From: Tricharina praecox
Taxonomy: Eukaryota
Reading direction: 5' to 3'
Assembly: GCF_024521635.1 (NCBI RefSeq)
Contig: NW_026250433.1
Span: forward strand, 248,001 to 312,000
Length of the DNA stretch: 64,000 nucleotides
Shown here piece after piece: positions 61,646 through 64,000 of this stretch. The notes under the pieces are model-generated. The model made no database searches. It was not told the origin of the DNA and saw nothing but the letters and a program-made list of their open reading frames with translations. The position numbers were made by a program, and so were the translations under genes. The stretch's first letter is position 1. Every line of letters starts with the position of its first letter.

Positions 61646-62220
61646 CTACAACCCCAGAATCTTCTTGGTACACTCCCTAACCCGTCTTTCATACTCCTTC
61701 CTATTATCCCTCCAAATCTTGCTCGCATCAATGTTCGCACCAGACTCGTCATTCGGCTCCGCAAGCATGCTCATAACACTGATGAGGATCTTCTCGACGC
61801 TCTGGATCGGCGACCACCGCTCGCTGGCATCCTCGTACTGGTTCGGGTCGTCGCCGGGACTGTGCAGAATTGAAATGCACACCGCCCCGTCTTTGTAGAT
61901 GTTGGGGTGGAACATTTCGCAGGTGAATTTCATTTTGGGCGGGTTGAGAGGGTAGTCCTGCTTTAAGTCAGCACAACGCAACGCACGCGTGCATCTGAGG
62001 AGTTGGGGGAGGAGAGTGTGCTCGTATGTACCTTGGGGAAGCTCAAAGTTGCAGGGAACACGCCACCTTCGAATGGTGTGTCGTCGGGCCCCCGTATTAA
62101 ACACTCCCATTCCAGAAGGTTGTCCTCGTCGATCGGTCCGGCGCATATGCCCTCCGGTGCTTCCCGGATCAGCTCTTTGTATTCCTTAAGGAGACGTCTG
62201 TTGGCGACGGCAAAAGACAT
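61646..62220 (-). CDS. UBC7: Ubiquitin-conjugating enzyme E2 G2 (ERAD)
   Basis: [34 protein letters not shown] (acidic loop), [12 protein letters not shown]. Confidence 0.95.
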
Positions 62221-62503
62221 GGCGTGCGTGTAGTGTGTATAATAGTATGTGCGGTGGTGATGGTGGTGGTGGTGGTAACGAGAAGTTGTGGTTGTAGTGA
62301 TGAGTGGCGCTCGGGAGAGAGATCCTCGGGAGCGAACTTGGAGGTGAAGCTCATGTTGTCCATACACCCTGCCAAGACCAGCTAAAGTACTTCACAATCC
62401 TTGCAGGGCGAACTGATAATGGGTGACATGATGACTTCATTTGGCGGGGGATAAACACCCCGAAGCTGTTAGCTATCCTACTTTTTCAACATGCACAACT
62501 CCG

Positions 62504-64000
62504 ATGTCGACCATCTACAATATCACGAAAGTTTTCCGGCCCCTAATACAATGCCGCAATCTCTCCTCCCTACGCTCATCCAGCGGCCCGGGGCCTCGAG
62601 GCACCATAGGCCGTCGTCCAGCACCCGCCGGCATTCCCGACAATGCGACGAAAGCGAGTACCACGCTCCTCCGGCCTGAGCCTATCGCCGAGGTACCGGA
62701 CAATAGCTATAACTCCCTGAGCACGCCCGTCTACATCCCCGAGGACCCGGGCGCTGTAATTACCTCGAGGCATCCAGCGGCAAGAATGCTCGAGAACTCG
62801 GCGTTGGTTATACAGAGGCAGTTGGAGCTGGGAAATATTTTGCTGTACGTCTCTATATCATCTGGCAGAAGCCGGCGGCTCACGATATGGACAGCGGCTT
62901 CGAGCAGGCAAACAAATACGTCATCATGGATCCCGCCGGAAACCACGTCGGCTTCATGGCCGAGGAGGAAAACAGCATTACAAAGGTGGTGATGCGACAA
63001 TGGGCACGCACGCATCGGTCGTTTCAAACCCACGTATTCGACAAGCACGGAGTTGAAATACTACGGGTCTGGCTCCCTCCCCCCTCTTACCTATCTTTTC
63101 CAGCCGTGGCTAAACGGGCCCCCAAAAGTTCCACAGGCCATTCTCGTTCATCAACTCGGCAATTACAGCGTACGATCCGCTGGACCCCGCAACCTTGGGT
63201 AACGGCGGAACACCGGAGTATGTATCGCGAGATAAGTACAGAATCATCGGAGAGTGTCAGCAGCAGTGGCACGTGCTGAGGAGGAAGTACAATCTCTTTC
63301 TATACCAAGACCAGCCTGCCGAGTCCGATGTTGAGCCGGTGGCTGGAGGGAGGGGCGGGACATATAAGCAATTTGCGTATGTCGATGAGCCAGTTCTGTC
63401 ATGGTACGTCCCACACCTCGTATGTGTCGCAGTGGACGTATGCTTATAAGGGCGGCCAGGGACTTCTCACTCCTGACCGACTCGACTCCTCCCTCGCTGA
63501 TCGGCAGCGTAAATCGCAACTTCGCCGGCTTCGGCCGCGAGATCTTCACCGACACGGGTGTATACGCGCTCCGCATGGACGCGGCCAGCGTCGCCGCCGA
63601 GCCGCAGCACCTAATCTCTAACAGCCACAAGCAGCACTCGTACCGCGTCCCCGCCGCCGTCGAAACCCCAGAATCGACGGAACTCGAGGGCGTGGGCAAG
63701 CCCGCGGCCGGCAGGGGAATGACACTCGACGAGAGAGCGGTAATGCTGGCTGCTGCCGTGTCGATTGATTTCGACTACTTTAGTAGACACTCCTCCGCCA
63801 TGGGACATGGCGGGTTCATGCCGATTGGTGTGTTCGGCGGCGGTGGAGGCGAACATAATCCTAGTTCTGGTGCTGCCGGTGGCGTGGCGGGGGGCGTGAT
63901 GGGAGGTGCCGCCGGCGGTGCTATGGATGGGTATCACGGTGACCAGCAGCAGGAGCAGGCGCCGGATCAGTACGGCGGGTATCCGGTGCAGCAGTCGGAT
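62504..64000 (+). CDS. AIM25: Phospholipid scramblase family protein (Aim25-like), 3' truncated
   Basis: QRQLELGNIL|GFEQANKY, RQWARTHRSF, QQWHVLRRKYNLF, RNFAGFGREIFTDTGVY, ERAVMLAAAVSIDFDYFSR. Confidence 0.92.

Overview
Gene-dense, intron-rich DNA from a filamentous ascomycete. The short GT-AG introns with CTRAY branch sites fit Pezizomycotina; Pezizomycetes is my guess only. I can support about 27 protein-coding genes, almost all conserved housekeeping genes: OXA1, SHP1, TAF11, two MFS transporters, SepH/Cdc15 kinase, an ABC1/ADCK kinase, PNO1, zeta-COP, UTP25, eIF3f, FOL3, SOG2, RSM25, a PPR protein, a peroxisomal acyl-CoA ligase, DEN1/NEDP1, TAF13, a CHY finger protein, PRE6, DLD2, LCL2, SEN2, MRPL15, a serine-less carboxylesterase-fold protein, UBC7 and an AIM25-like scramblase, plus a Thr-rich secreted protein at the left edge. 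I see no intact transposon, CRISPR array, tRNA or rRNA gene. The best non-obvious signal is a box C/D snoRNA (snR79-like, guiding the 18S Cm1007-equivalent site) inside a non-coding intron just upstream of SEN2, followed by two out-of-frame uORFs. Other leads: an apparent GAG 3' splice site in sepH competing with a frameshifting TAG, several 5-28 nt micro-exons, a structured RNA candidate downstream of TAF13, an unannotated 45-aa RanBP2-like zinc-finger ORF, and a TACCGGTA palindrome found only in non-coding DNA. All exon models were derived by hand and no database searches were run.
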